Shown here: positions 22,700-36,295 of the stretch, piece by piece
Position numbering within the stretch: position 1 is the first letter of the stretch
How the letters are laid out: each line of letters opens with the position of its first letter
NCBI RefSeq assembly: GCF_030028105.1
Contig: NC_092371.1
Coordinates: 13,723,884 to 13,787,883 of the forward strand
Length of the DNA: 64,000 bases
Direction of reading: 5' to 3'
From: Mobula birostris
Lineage: Eukaryota
The notes under the pieces: model-generated
Told to the model about the DNA's origin: nothing
The model's input: the letters and a program-made list of their open reading frames with translations, nothing else
Database searches by the model: none
Translations under genes and position numbers: made by a program

Positions 22700-25580
22700 A
22701 AACGGGACCTGTAGTACCAGATCCCTTAGTTCTACCGCACTCAGTGCCCTATCGCTCATTGTATAATGCCTATCCTGGTTGGTCGTCCTGAAGTGCAACA
22801 CCTCACACTTTCATCTGCCATTTTCCAGCCCATTTTTCCAGCTGCAAACCATGATAGCCTTTTTTGCTGTCCAGTACTCCTCCAATCTTGGTATCATTTG
22901 CAAATTTGCTGATCCAGTTAACATTATTTTCAGATTGATGTAAATGACAAACAGTGGACCCAGCACTGGTCCTTGCAGCGCACCACTGGTCACAGGCCTC
23001 CAGTCAGAGAGGCAACCATCTACCATTTTCTGGCTTCTCCCACAAAGTTAATATCTAATTCAATTTACTATTTATTGAATGTTGAGCAACTGAACCTTTC
23101 TGACCAATGCCCCATGCGGGACCTTGTCAACTGACTTGTTAAAGTCCATATAGACAACATCCACTGCCTTCCCTTCATCCACTTTCCTACTTCCTCAAAT
23201 CTCTAGACATGACTTACCACACCCAAAGCCATGTCTATCCAAGTACTTAGATATAGCCTGTCCCTTAGAATACCTTCCAATAACTTTCCCACAACTGATG
23301 TCAGACTCACCGGCCTATAATTTCCTGGTTTATGTTTAGAGCCATTTTTTTAAACAGCAGAACAACACTGGCTATCTTCCTATCCTCTGGTACCTCTATC
23401 ACTAAGGAAGATGTAATTATCTCTGCTAGGGCCCCAGCAATTTCTGCACTTGTCTCTCGTAAAGTTAGAGGGAACATCTTGTCAGGCACTGGGGTTTATC
23501 CACCCAGATATACCTCAGAACAGCAAACACCTGCTATCTATAATCTGTATAGTGTCCATGAAATTGATGCTGCTTTGTCTCACTTCAATAGTCTCTGTGT
23601 CCATCTCCTGAATAAAGCACAGTTGCAAAAAATTTAAAATTTCCCCCCATCTGTTTTGTCTCCACACATGGATTAACATTCTGGTCTTCCAGAGGACTAA
23701 TTTTGTCCCTTACAATCGTTTTGCACTCTACATATTTGTAGAATCAGTTAGGATTCTCCATCACCTTGTCTGCTGGATCAACTTCATGCCTTCTTTTAGC
23801 TCTCTTGATTTCTTTTAGAATCAGGCTTATTATCACTAGCATGTGTTGTGAAAAGTGTGCCTTGAATTTCTTGTATTCCATAAGCACATCATTTGTTCCT
23901 ACCTGTCTGTACCTGCTGTACCTTTCTTTACTTAACCAGGACCTCAATATCTCTAGGTTCCCTACCCTTGTTATCTGTACCTTTTATTTTGACAGGCACA
24001 TGCAAGCTTTGTACTCTCAATTTCACTTTTGAAATCTTCTCACTTAGCAAGTACACTTTTCCAGAAAACAACTTTACCCAATCGACACTTGCTAAATAAT
24101 TTTTGATACCATCAAAATTGGTCTTTCTCCAATTTAGAATCTCAACCCACAGATCAGACCTATCTTTTTGTATATTTACTTTGCATCTAGTGATCACAAA
24201 TTTGTTACAAGTATTCCCCTGCACGAACTTCTGTCACCATGCTGTCTCATTCCCTAAGAGTAGATAAAGTATCGAACACTCTCATTTGGACTTCTATGTA
24301 CTGATTAAGGAAACTTTCCTAACACTTTGACAAGCTTTATCCTGTCTAGTTCCTTTTACAGTATGTGTCCCAGTCAATAGGTGGAAAGTTTAAATCACCT
24401 AGTCTCTATAACAACCTTGTTTCTTGCAACAGTTTGTGATCTCTTCAAATTTGCCCCTCTAAATCCCTTGAACTGTCAGGTGGTCTGTGATCATACTTTT
24501 CTTATTTCTCAGTTCCGCCCATAATAACACTTCCCCTGACTATTAATGCCACCCCACCTCTTTTAATCCCTCCCACCCTGTCATATCTAAAACAACAGAA
24601 TCCTGGAATAATTGATCTGCCAGTCCTGCCCCTCCTACAACCACTAATGGCTTCAATATCATCATTCCAATTGTTGATCAATGCCCTAAGCTCATCTGCC
24701 TTTCCTATGATACTTGCATTGAAATATGTGCAGTTCAAGGCACAAGTAGTGCCATGCTCAACCTTTTGATTCCTGACTTTGTCTGAGGTCTTCCCATGTC
24801 TTCACAACCTCCCCACCAACTGTTCTGGCACGCTTGTTCCCATCCCCCTACAACTCCAGTTTAAATCCCACTGTGCAGTATTAGCAAACATTCCAGCTAT
24901 GATATTGGTCCCCTTCCCTGGAAGAGAGCCCAATGATCCAAAAAGCTTATGCCCTCCTTCCTACGCCAACTCCTTAGCATTGTGTTAAACTGTTTAATTT
25001 TCCTATTTCTGGCATTACTAACAGTGGCATGGGTAGCATTTCTGAGATCACAATCCTGGAGGTGCTACCCTTTAACTTGGCACCTAACTCCCTGAACCTA
25101 CTTTGCAGAACTTCTTTCTTTGTACCCTCTGGCTGTTCACCCTTCCACTAAGAATGCTGAGAACTCTATCTGAGATGTCCTGTACCCGAGCACCTGGGAA
25201 GTGACATACCAATGGGAATCTCATTTTCGCCCACAGAACCTCCTTTCGATTCCCCTGACTAATCCCATATCACCGCAGCTCACCTCTTCTATATCCTTCT
25301 CTTCTCCCTTCCTTTGAGTCACTGAATTAGACTCAATGCCAGAGACCTGAATGCTGTGACTTTTCCTCTGCTAGGTCATTGCCTTGTGCCCGTGTGCTCC
25401 CAACCCCACCCCCAACAGTATCCAAAGTAATATACTTATTGAGGGGGATGGCCACGGGGGTACTCTGCACTGGCTCTTTAACCCCTATCCCCTTCCTGAC
25501 TGTCACCCAGTTTCCTGTGTCCTGCAGCTCGGGTGTGGCTACCTCTCTGTCCTATCTATCACCCCCACAGTCTCAGAATG
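22700..25580 (-). mobile_element. Long degenerate CR1 LINE in CCT3 intron 5
   Basis: WRPVTSG..QGPVLGPL, NASIIGKADELRA, GGVALIV motifs. Confidence 0.8.
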
Positions 25581-25849
25581 TGTTTGAGCCTTGTGCCTTG
25601 CTCCACACCAGCACATCTCTTGCCAACAACTGCATCCAGCTATGCAGTATCTTGGGGAACTTCCTCTTTAATTCACTGTAGAACCCACTGCTGAATTTGT
25701 ATGTGTGCACAGTAAACATTAGTCTCTATTTGTGATGTGGCCTCTAATTCTAATTCTAAGTGTTCTGATGCAGTTTGTTGGGGGGGTGGTGGGAGTGGTT
25801 TGAAGGTAGTGTTTATGTTTGAGTAACTGCGCACACTACTTTCTTTTAG

Positions 25850-25967
25850 CTGGAGAGATGCTTTTGGTAGCAGAGCAGTACCTCGAGCAGCAGATGCACC
25901 CCTCTGTAATCATAGGTGCTTATCACCAGGCGCTGGATGACATGATTACCACGCTGGAAGAAATCAG
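25850..25967 (+). CDS. CCT3: CCT3 exon 6, GEMLLVAEQYLEQQMHPSVIIGAYHQALDDMITTLEEI
   Basis: TTTTAG/GTACAT; 118 nt; homology. Confidence 0.95.
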
Positions 25968-27458
25968 GTACATGAGTGCCCGTTACACGACTGATAGGGG
26001 GGGCTGCGACTGATTTGCCTGGAGTGTAGGAGGCTGAGGGCTGACCTTGTGGTGGGTTGTCCATTGTTTTTTTGCGATGACAGTTTTCAAAGTGGAAAAG
26101 CTGTTGCACTAGGGCAGTTCCACCTTCAACCTCTGAGGACTTGGGTTCAGTGGTATGAATACACATCACAGCTGGGGTTTTGGTTGTAGTGGCTGACCAT
26201 GACTACTTCTGTGCATTGTTGTGCCCTTCGCTCTCCGCAGAGCGTTGCGGAATCATCTTCCTGGTCGTTGAATCTCACTGTATGTCTCAACCACCCAAGC
26301 TGCCAGAGCTGACTTCACATGCTAGAACAGGCATGTCATCAGGGTAAAAAGATATTCAGGCATGTACATAAGGGAAGGTTAAGGTGGTAACAGCCCATAT
26401 GTGACCAGCTCAGGTAGGCACGTTGGCATGGATGAGTTGAGTCAAATGGCCTTTTCCTGTGATGTATAACTGGCTTTCTGCTAGAATAAAACATGCATTA
26501 GATGGATACTTTCACAAGGTATGCTAATAAATTGCTGCTTCAAGTCTAGTTAAGATTAAATGAGAAAATATAGTTTATTTTCTGAAATTCATCTGCACAA
26601 CTGTACAGCAAATGACCAGATAATCTGCTTTCATGATGTTGTTTGAGTCACGAATATGAGCCAAAATACTGACCTCCTTTCTTTTGCTTTAATTTTGAGG
26701 CCCATCATTGGTTGGGGTTGATCATAAATATTGCTGCAATCAATACGTAAGCCAGACAGTGTAATGTGGAGAGCAAGCTGTTGCCCATGCAGCAGGCTGC
26801 CATGTCCACAAAGCTGATGAGTCCAAAGGAAGTCAGAAACTGATACAGTTTGGCACCAGCAGCACTACAGGACTTGCCAGTCAGTGTTGAACTGAATGTA
26901 GGATTGCCTTAGGGACTCCAGCTCTGGATTTTTTCTCTGGGTTTTCTCCTGAAATCTTCCCTGTGAGTGGGTATAGTCACAAGGCAGCAGAGGATTGAGA
27001 TCAATTTTCCTTCTAGAGCTGCCAACCGCAGCTGAGGAGTCCTGTCTGGTTTTAAAGTGCCAGTAATCTGCCTTTGCCCCTTCTCGTATCAGTAGAAACA
27101 ATTCCACTGGGCTTGGTAGCTAAGACACATGTGAAGGTCAAGAGCTAGACCTTGTTGTCAGAGCTTATTTGAGACACACACCATTACAAACATTTTAATA
27201 AGTAGTGAAACTTAACCCTGCTAACCCCCACCCCTCAGCTGTCACAACCTTGAGGAACTTTGCTTTAATCAGTGTTACAGGATTGATTGCATAAAACCTT
27301 CAGGTAAACTTGGTCCTCTGTAAGCAGTTTTCATTGTATTGAGAACTTGAATTTTTAATAATTATGGTGACTCTATTCTTTGTGTTCAACTGCACTTTCT
27401 TCAGGATTAGATGCTGCTCATTTCCAAGGGCACTTAAAAGCTTTTCTTCTCTTGGCAG

Positions 27459-27645
27459 CACTACTGTTGACATCAATAACCGTGACCTGATGCTGAAGAT
27501 TATCAACAGTGCAATCAACACCAAGGTGAACAACCTACAGGTTGACCTGGCCTGCAGCATTGCACTTGATGCTGTGAAGACCGTGCAGTTGGAAGAAAAT
27601 GGCCGCAAGGAGATTGACATTAAGAAGTATGCCAAAATTGAGAAG
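27459..27645 (+). CDS. CCT3: CCT3 exon 7, TTVDINNRDLMLKIINSAINTK...EIDIKKYAKIEK
   Basis: GGCAG/GTAAGA; 187 nt; homology. Confidence 0.95.
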
Positions 27646-28533
27646 GTAAGAGGCAGATCTCCTCTATCCATGGACATTTGGTGTCTGGGGCACTGTCCTT
27701 TTGTGGTCCAAGATGCTATTGAAAGGTTGATAGGCCTGGAATCAGATTTGCCATGTAAGTAAGTTGATTGGGTGGTTAAGAAGGAATGTGATGTATTGGC
27801 TTTCATTAATCAGGGGCTGGGTTAAGTTCAAGAGCTTGAGATAATATTGTAGCTATATAAAACCCTGGTTAGAAAACACTCAGTTGTGGTCACCTTATTA
27901 TGTAGAAGAATGTGGAAGCTTTAGAGAGGATGCAGGAGGAGGATGCTGTCTGCATTAGAGAGCATGTCTTTTGAGGATAGGTTGAGCAAACCAAGGCTTG
28001 TCTCTTTGGAGTGGGAAGTGAGAGGTGACTTGATGTGTTTAAGAGGCACAGATCAAGTGGACAGCCATACACTTTTTTCCCCCCAGGGTAGAAATGGCTA
28101 ATATGACCAAGCGTAATTTTAAAGTGATTGGGGGGTGAGTATGAGGGGTGTTGAAGGTAGATTTTTGTTACATAAAGTGATGGGTACAAAGGTCACACTG
28201 CCAGACGTAGTGGTAGAGGGACGTTTAAGAAACTCGGGTATAATGGAGGGCTTTGCAGGAGGGAACGCTTAGATTTATTTTGACATCGTGGGTCAAAGCG
28301 CCTGTACTGTTCTATGTCAGTGGGTTCTGGGAAGTCCTGGGTTCCAGTTCCACTGACAGCAAAAACAAAACATAAACTGCTCAAGTAACTTGGCAGGTCA
28401 AGTATGGGAGAGAACATCAAAAATGTTGTTAGTATCAGACTATTCAGTTGACTTTGTTTCCATGGTTGTTCTAGGAGTCATGCAGGAGTGTTACTTTGTT
28501 CTTGTTGGCAATTCCATTGTTTTATGTTAACAG

Positions 28534-28683
28534 GTTCCTGGTGGTTTCATTCATGATTCATGTGTGCTCCGAGGCGTGATGTTGAACAAGGATGTCACAC
28601 ACTCCCGCATGCGCAGGCATATCAAGAACCCCCGCATTGTGCTCTTGGACTGCTCACTGGAGTACAAGAAAGGGGAGAGCCAG
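28534..28683 (+). CDS. CCT3: CCT3 exon 8, VPGGFIHDSCVLRGVMLNKDVTHSRMRRHIKNPRIVLLDCSLEYKKGESQ
   Basis: AACAG/GTACGA; 150 nt; homology. Confidence 0.96.
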
Positions 28684-29689
28684 GTACGACACTAGTGTTA
28701 TAGTCCCTTGACTTGTGGTACTACATCTGTGCTGATACCACGGTTCACAGTGCATTGATAATAAATACAACCTTGGGACTCATCTTGCAGATGGCCACAA
28801 AACAAAGAAACACAATTTATGAAAACCCCTACATCACAAAGACTGCCGTACATCCAATGTGTGTAAAAGAAAGAACACAGCATGCAAAAATATTTTTCAA
28901 AAAAGCAAACAAACAATGCGTAGAACCTGAAACGAAGAGTCGCTGAAAGTAAGTCCACAGCCATGGAGCCAGTTCAGCACTGCATTTGTGCCAGGAGCCC
29001 GATGGCTGCAGGCCCAGTCACAGAGCCAGGTTCAGTGCTGAGGCGAGTAAACCTCACAGGGTAGTGAGCGCTTTCACTGCCCTGGATCTCAAAACCTTAA
29101 TCTGTCTTGTGCTTAAATTGGCCATCCTTTAAACTGGAGCTATGACTGGAACATGAAACTAGTGTAAAATTCTCCTTTACTGCAGAGCGGGTAATTACAA
29201 ACCAGTCCCGTAGTTTGACAGGAGATTAGACTAGTCTGACCGTAATGTTATTTTGCAGCCACTGTAACACTGTTGGACAGGTGTTGTTGAGGTGAGCGAG
29301 CATCCCTGAATGCTCTGCTGAAGTATTTGCCTAAATGCTACTTTTTCATGACATACACTGCTCATTTATTTGTCCCCAAATTTAACATGAGTAAAGATCT
29401 CCCAAAAGTTGTTCTCAGTCCTATCGACCCTGTTCGTATCTGCAATCATTTGCATCTAGTATATGGAACTGTATTTACTCACTGAACTACCTTCATTATG
29501 TTGTTCCCACATTCAGAACTGACTTTGTTTCCCAATAATCCAGAACTGACCTGTTTTCTCCTTAATGTGAGTTTGCTGTTTCCCCCACTCCCTCACCTAT
29601 CCTTCAGAAACATGGTAAACCTGAGTTTAGAACAAGGTTTCCTTATTCGTCATACAAAAATATTTACAGGGAGTGATTAATTAGTGATG

Positions 29690-30600
29690 CTAAACACCCA
29701 TATCAAGATGCTGTTCATTGACTGTATAGCTCAGCATTGAACATCATTCCCACAGTCCTGCTGAAGAAGCTAACTGTACCACCCTCTGCAATTCGATCCT
29801 TGACTTCCTCACTGGAAGACCACAATCTCTGCGTTTCGGTGGTAACATCTCCTCACTGACAATCAACACTGGCGTACCTCAGGGATGTGTGCTTGGCCCA
29901 CTGCTCTACTCTTTCTATACCCATGACTGTGTGGCTAGGCATAGCTCAAATACCATCTATAAATTTACTGATCATACAACTATTGTTGGTAGATGGAGAC
30001 GAGACGGCGTACTGGAGTGAGCTATACCAGCTTGTTTACTATGTCACAGCAGTAACCTTGCACTCAACGTCAGTAAGACCAAAGAGTTGATTGTAGACTT
30101 CAGGAAGGGTAAGAGGAGGGAACACGAACCAATCCTCATAGATGGATCACAAGTGGACAGAATGAGCAATTTTAAGTTCCCGAGGGTCGAGATCACTTGA
30201 GGATCTAACCTGGTCATAATGTATCAATGCAGCTATAAAGAAGGCAAGCCATGGTTATATTTCATTAGGAGTTTGAGGAGATTTGGTTTGTCACCTCAAA
30301 CACTCAAACTTCTATAGAGCGTTCTTTCAAAAAAAGCTACAGGAAGTTGTAAAGTTTTTCATCTCCATCTTGGGTACTAGCCTCTACAGTATCCAGGACA
30401 TTGTCAGCAAGACGGTGTCCATTATTGAGGACCTTCTCCCCAGGATATGCCCTCTTCTCATTGTTACTGTCAGGAAGGAGATGCAGATGCCTGAAGGCGC
30501 ACACTCAGCGATTCAGGAACAGCTTCTTCCCCTCTGCTATTTGATTTCCTATATAGACATTGACTATGTTTTTGTACTACTTTTAATTTAACTATTTATA
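29690..30600 (+). mobile_element. Rex1/Babar-type LINE fragment
   Basis: Similar to 56187-57367; TG.PQG motif. Confidence 0.7.
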
Positions 30601-32354
30601 TGGTGGTGCTGGAAAGTTTGACCCCTGTAGAATTTTCTCGCTTTCTGCAAAAAATTACCTAAGATGTGATCAGATCTTCACCCAAGTCCAAAAACTAGAT
30701 AGAAAACTCAATTAAGTAAATAACACAAAAACATTATATTATTTATTGAGAAAAATGATCCAATATTACATGTATTTGTTGGGAAAAGTATGTGAACTTA
30801 TGCTTTCAGTAACTGATCCCTTTGTACAGCAATAACTTCAGCCAAATGTTTCCAATAACTGTTTGTCCTTGACATTGGCTTGGAGGAATTTTAGGCCATT
30901 CCTCCTTAAAAAGCTGCTTCAGCTCTGGGATGTTGGGCTTCCTTGCGTGAACTGCTTGCTTCAGGTCCTTCTGCAGCATTTCTATAGGATTGAGGTCTGG
31001 ACTTTAACTTGGCCATTCCAAAACATGAAATTTCTTCTGCTTTAATGTTTCTTTGGTAGACTGACTTGTGTGTTTAGGGTCATTGTCTTGCTTCATGACC
31101 CACTCTCTCTTGAGCTTTTCAGTTCACGGACAGATACCCTGACATTTTCCTGTAGAATTTGCTGGTACAATTCAGAATTCATAGATCCATTAATGATGAC
31201 AAGCCAACCAGGTTCTGATGCAGCAAAGCAGCCCAAGCATGACACTGCCACCACCATGTTTCACAGCTGGAGTGAGGTTCTTGTGCTGGAGTACAGTGTT
31301 TGTTTTTACCAAACATAACATTTCTCATTTAAGCCTAAAAGTTTTATTTTGGGCTCATCCACCCACAGAGCGTTCTTCCAGTAGCCCTCTGGTTTATCCA
31401 CATGGTCTTTAGCAAACTTTAGACAGGTAGCAATGTTCTTGGAGCGTAGCGACTTTCTCCTTGCAATCCTGCCATGCACACCATTGTTGCTCTACTGATG
31501 ATAGACTCATGAATACTGATATTAGTCGATGCAAGAGAGGCCTGTGACTCCTTAGATGTTACATAAAAGTTGCTGGTGAATGCAGCAGGCCAGGCAGCAT
31601 CTCTAGGAAGAGGTGCAGTTGACGTTTCAGGCCGAGACCCTTTGTCAGGACTAACTGAAGGAAGAGTGAGTAAGGGATTTGAAAGTTGGAGGGGGAGGGG
31701 GAGATCCAAAATGATAGGAGAAGACAGGAGTGTGTTGCTTGAATTTCCAGCATCTGCAGAATTCCTGTTGTTTTCCTTAGATGTTACCTTGGGTTTTTTT
31801 GTGACCTCCTTCAATATTACATGTCTTGCTCTTGGAGTTATTTTTGTTGGTTGAGCACTCCTGGGTACAGTAGAATAACAAAATTGTTGAATTTCTTCCA
31901 TTTGTACGTCATATACTTGACTGTGGAATGCTAGAGCCCAAACTCTTTCGAAATGGTTTTAACCTTTTCCAGCCTGGTGAGCATCAATGACTTTTTTTCC
32001 TGAGGTCCTCAGAAATCTTTTGTGGCACACTATTCAAAAAACTGGTGAAGATCAGACTTTGATAGTGAGGACCCAGGGCCTCCCATACTCACACCTGATT
32101 GTCATCCCATTGATTGAAACACCTGACTAATTTCCCCCTTTAAATGAACTGATAATCCTGGAGATTCTCATACTTTTTCCAACAGATACATGTAATATTG
32201 GACCATTTTTCTCTAATTAAATTTACAAGTTTAATTTTATTTAAATTGAGCTCTCTTTAGCTAGTTTTAGGATTTGTATTAAGTTAACAAATTTTAGGTC
32301 ATTTATACAGAAATAGAGAATTCTAAAGGGTTCATAAACTTTCTAGTACCACTG
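30601..32354 (-). mobile_element. Tc1-like DNA transposon (long IR type), defective transposase
   Basis: TA-flanked TIRs (GTGGTGCTGGAAAGTTT / AAACTTTCTAGTACCACTG), ~200-bp inverted ends, transposase remnant KITPRARHVILKEVTKKPKVTSKE. Confidence 0.85.
31563..31773. mobile_element. Short Penelope 3'-terminal insertion with 5' inversion, nested in Tc1
   Basis: 14-bp TSD TCCTTAGATGTTAC (31549-62, 31774-87); similarity to 37321-37520. Confidence 0.85.
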
Positions 32355-32845
32355 TATAATTACTGTAATTGATATGCTTATTTTTTCTATGTCATGTATT
32401 GAACTGATCTGATGCTAAGTTAACAAACTTTACGACATGTGCCAGTGATATTAAATCTGATTCTGCTTCACCTGATTGAAAGGTGAGTCTCCAGTGGGAT
32501 TAGCCACATAGGACTAATGAAAAATTTCATCAGTGTGATTATTTTTGGAATTTTCTGACCGAAAATGTGCCTGCAAAACCGAGGAGGATAGACTTGGGGT
32601 ATTAGAGGAGTGGGGGTTATGGCAGGGGATGATGATGAAATAGACCACTTATGATCGTATTGAATGGTAATGCAGAACATTGAGGGTCGTATGGCTGTCA
32701 GATGCTGTTTATGTGGACTTGGTATTCTCCAGAGTTGGTACATCTGAAAACCCCCCCCCCCCCCATTTTAATCTCCCCAGACATTTGGTGTGTGGGCTGT
32801 TTGGGATGTCTTTTACCCTGCTCTCTTGGCAATCTTCTGTTTCAG

Positions 32846-32978
32846 ACTGACATTGAGATCACTCGTGAGGAGGACTTCACTCGCATCCTGCAGATGGAAG
32901 AAGAATACATTCAGCAAATCTGCGAGGATATTATCCGTCTGAAACCTGACCTCCTCTTCACAGAGAAAGGCATCTCAG
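32846..32978 (+). CDS. CCT3: CCT3 exon 9, TDIEITREEDFTRILQMEEEYIQQICEDIIRLKPDLLFTEKGIS
   Basis: TTTCAG/GTAATG; 133 nt; homology. Confidence 0.96.
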
Positions 32979-33169
32979 GTAATGTGTGTGTAACATGTGG
33001 TATTTGTTGAGGTCAAGTAGACCACACAGTGGATATCCTCACCAGATTGTCCCAGCATCTTCCTTGGGACATGGTGTTCATTGGACAGCGAATGTAACAG
33101 CTCTTGGTATTGCATGGACATGTGACAGGGCTCTCTGGGACAAACCCTGCAAATATTCTCATTCTGAAT

Positions 33170-33750
33170 AACACAAATGCTGGAGGAACTCAGCAGGTCA
33201 GGCAGCATCTGTGGAAAGGAATAAACAATTGACAATTTGGGCTGACACCATCAAGAAATGAAGGGGAAAATGCCAGAATGAAAGGGTGAGACGAGGGGAA
33301 GGAGGACAAGCTTGGAAGGTGATAGATGAGCCAGATGGGGGAGGGGGGAATGAAGTAAGAAGCTGGGAGGTGAAAGATGAAAAAGGTAAAAGGTGGGAGA
33401 AGGAGGAATCTGAGAGGAGAGTGGACCATGGAGAAAGAGAAGGAGGAGCGTAGCATGGGGAGATGATAAACAGATAAGGTGGAGGTAAGAGGCCAAAATG
33501 GGAAATAAAAGAAGAGGGGAGGGGGAGAAAAGAAAAATATATTATCAGAAGGAGAGATCGCTGTTGATGCTACGAAGTTGGAGGTGACCTAGATGGAATA
33601 TGAGGTGTTGCTCCTCCACAGTGGGAATGGCATTGTCGTGGCAGAAGAGGAGGCTATGGACTGCCATGTTGGAACAGGAGTGGGGATAAGAATTAAAATG
33701 GTTGGCCACTGAGAAATTCTGCTTTTTACAGACGGAGTGGAAGTACTCAA
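33170..33750 (-). mobile_element. Penelope 3' fragment
   Basis: Similar to 37321-37933. Confidence 0.7.
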
Positions 33751-34119
33751 CATCTTGTGATTGTGTTAGCCACCATTTTCACATTGGCAGTGTTGCTCAC
33801 TGTTCTTGTTGCAGAGCACCAGAGTTGTCAAGTAGACAATGCGTAAGGGGAAATCCTAAACAATGTACAGACTAGCTCCATTTTTATTCATGGCCTACAA
33901 TTCCTTTGATAGAATTCTCTCAATATTCCAGCCGCAGAGGGCTTAGAAAAGTGATATTGATCATTGGTGGGCATGCTATATTGGCACTGGAATGTATGGC
34001 TACACTTGCAGGCTGCTCCCAGTGCATCTCTAGGTTATTGGTTGTTAACACAAACAGTGCATTTCAGTGTAATTGCGATAAATCTGAGTTTGCACGAGAG
34101 TCGATGAGTGAAACTGTTT

Positions 34120-34895
34120 TGAGTTTCAAAGGTATATTTAATGTCAGAGAAACATATGCAGTATACATCCTGAAATGCTTTTTCTTCACAACCATCCACA
34201 AAAAGTGTCCCCAAAGAGTGAATGACAGTTAAATGTTAGAAACTCGAAGTACCTCCCCAGCTCCCCTTCCTCCTGCATGTAAGCAGCAGCAAGCACCAAT
34301 CCTCCCCCCACCGGCAAAAGAAAGCATCGGCACCTGCCACCGAGAACTCGAGCATGAGCAAAGACACCAACTTGCAGTACCCCAAAGACTGCTGTTCACC
34401 CGATATTCGAAATACCACAGGCTCTCTCCTGCCCTAATAAGGGAGAAAGATGTGTCTCTGTTTCACAGCGAGAGGGGAGGGATAACAAACAACTCTCTGG
34501 TTTACAATGTTAAAAGTCCGTTGTGTCGCTTTTTTCCTATCTCTGTGCCCAAAGGTCTCAGGTCTCTGGGCACACAGCCAGAGATCTTCCGTCTCCAATG
34601 ACTCATCGATCTCCTGTAGAGGCATTGAATCTGATTTCCCTGTCTCCAGAGCCACGAAATCGCAATCCTCCGAAGGTGAGCGAAGCTCATAGGCCAAGCC
34701 CTTGGCGTGAGGAACAACGGCCGTTCGTGAAACCCTGAGAGCTGGTCCCATTCCCGCAAAGAACTGTAGTCAGCATGTAACTCCGGGTCAGGATCCTCAA
34801 AAGAACCCTGAAAGGGAAAAAATAGAGGTATTAAAGATGGAAATAGAGCTGCTTCTGAAGGTGCAAGCAAAGGAGTTGCCGTTAGGTGCCAGTGA
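34120..34895 (-). mobile_element. Non-autonomous LINE-tail-dependent retroelement
   Basis: No long ORF; CpG-containing 5' end; repeat-like 3' tail. Confidence 0.5.
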
Positions 34896-35504
34896 CAGAT
34901 ATAACCTGGATTCTGTCTGCCTGTGCTAGCCTGGAGACTGGGATGCAGTGAAATCATTCAGTTCAGTCTTTCACAGAGAATTGGCGGATACAGCCAGTCC
35001 ATTACAAGCAAAGTCCCCCCCTCCACTGAGCACAAAGAAGGCAGTATCCATTATCAAATACAGCCCCCCCCCCCAACCACCATGTTCCCTTCTTGCTCCT
35101 ACCATCAGGCAGGAGGTACAGAAGAATTGGACCCAGCGGTTCCAGAACAGTTATTACCCCTCAACTATCAGGGTCTTGAACTGGTGTGGATAACCTCACC
35201 ACTACTCTGAACTGATTCGATGACCTGCAGATCAGTTTCAAGGACTCTTTACAACTTGTGTTGTCAGTATTTTACTTGCACAGTTTGTCTTTTACACGTG
35301 GGTTGTTTGCCAGTCTTTATATTTTTCTGTGAAATTCTATTGCATTCCTGCAAAAGCCCTTCAAGAAAATTAATCTTGAATATGGTAACATATTTTACTT
35401 TGAAAGTGAGTTTACTTTCAGGGCTCTCATTTTGCTGCATTTTGGGGGAGTTAAAAAAAAGTTGTAGGGCACACCTTCATTTTTGGTCTCCATTTGCCTT
35501 TCAG

Positions 35505-35586
35505 ACTTAGCACTTCATTACCTCATGAAGGCAAATATCTCTGCAATCCGTCGTATCAGAAAGAGTGACAGCAACAGGATTGCCAG
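35505..35586 (+). CDS. CCT3: CCT3 exon 10, (D)LALHYLMKANISAIRRIRKSDSNRIA(R)
   Basis: TTTCAG/GTATAC; 82 nt; homology. Confidence 0.94.
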
Positions 35587-35640
35587 GTATACTAGGCTTG
35601 CTTGGAATGAATAAGCTGCTTTTGCCACATACAATTTTTT

Positions 35641-36295
35641 TTAGATTATGAGAACACTCAGTCCTCTTTTATTGTCATTTAGAAATGCATACATGTGTTA
35701 AGAAATGATACAATGTTTCTTCGGAGTGATATCACAGAAAACAGGACAAACCAAAGACTAACACTGACAGAACCACATAATTATAACATATAGTTACAGC
35801 AGTGCAAAAAATACCATAATTTGATGAAGAACAAACCATGGGCACAGTAAAAATAGTCTCAAAGTCCCCGAGTCGATGGACTCCTGAGTCCTCGATAGCA
35901 GGCGGAAAAGGGAAAAACTCCCTGCTATAAACCTCCAGGCACCGTCAACTTACCGATGCCTTGGAAGCAGCTGACACTGAGTCCGTCTGTCCGAAAACTT
36001 CGAGCCTCCGACCAGCTGCTCCAATACACCCTCCTGAGTGCCTTCGACCTTGCCCCAGCCGCTGAAACATGCAAAGCCAAGGATTTCAGGGCCTTCTGCT
36101 CCGGAGATTCCGGCCACCACACAGTAGCAGCGGCAGTGAAGCGGGCATTTCAGAAGTTTTCCAGATGTTCCTCTGTACTCTCACGTCCATCTCCATCAAA
36201 TCAGAATTGTGCATGGTTCCCTACTTGACAGATAACAGATATCATTCATTCACCGGAGAGGCCATGTGCGCTGCCGCCACGCCATCTTCTCCTCC
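35641..36295 (-). mobile_element. Non-autonomous element with Rex1-type 3' tail (related to 51690-51998)
   Basis: ATGCATTTCTAAATGACAATAAA..GAGGACTGAGTG..(TAATC) tail shared with 51.9 kb; 5' GAAGATGGCG. Confidence 0.65.

Noticed and set aside
31419-31901. 160-aa chimeric Tc1/Penelope ORF as a real protein
   Set aside because: The surrounding transposase is frameshifted and degenerate; read-through is coincidental
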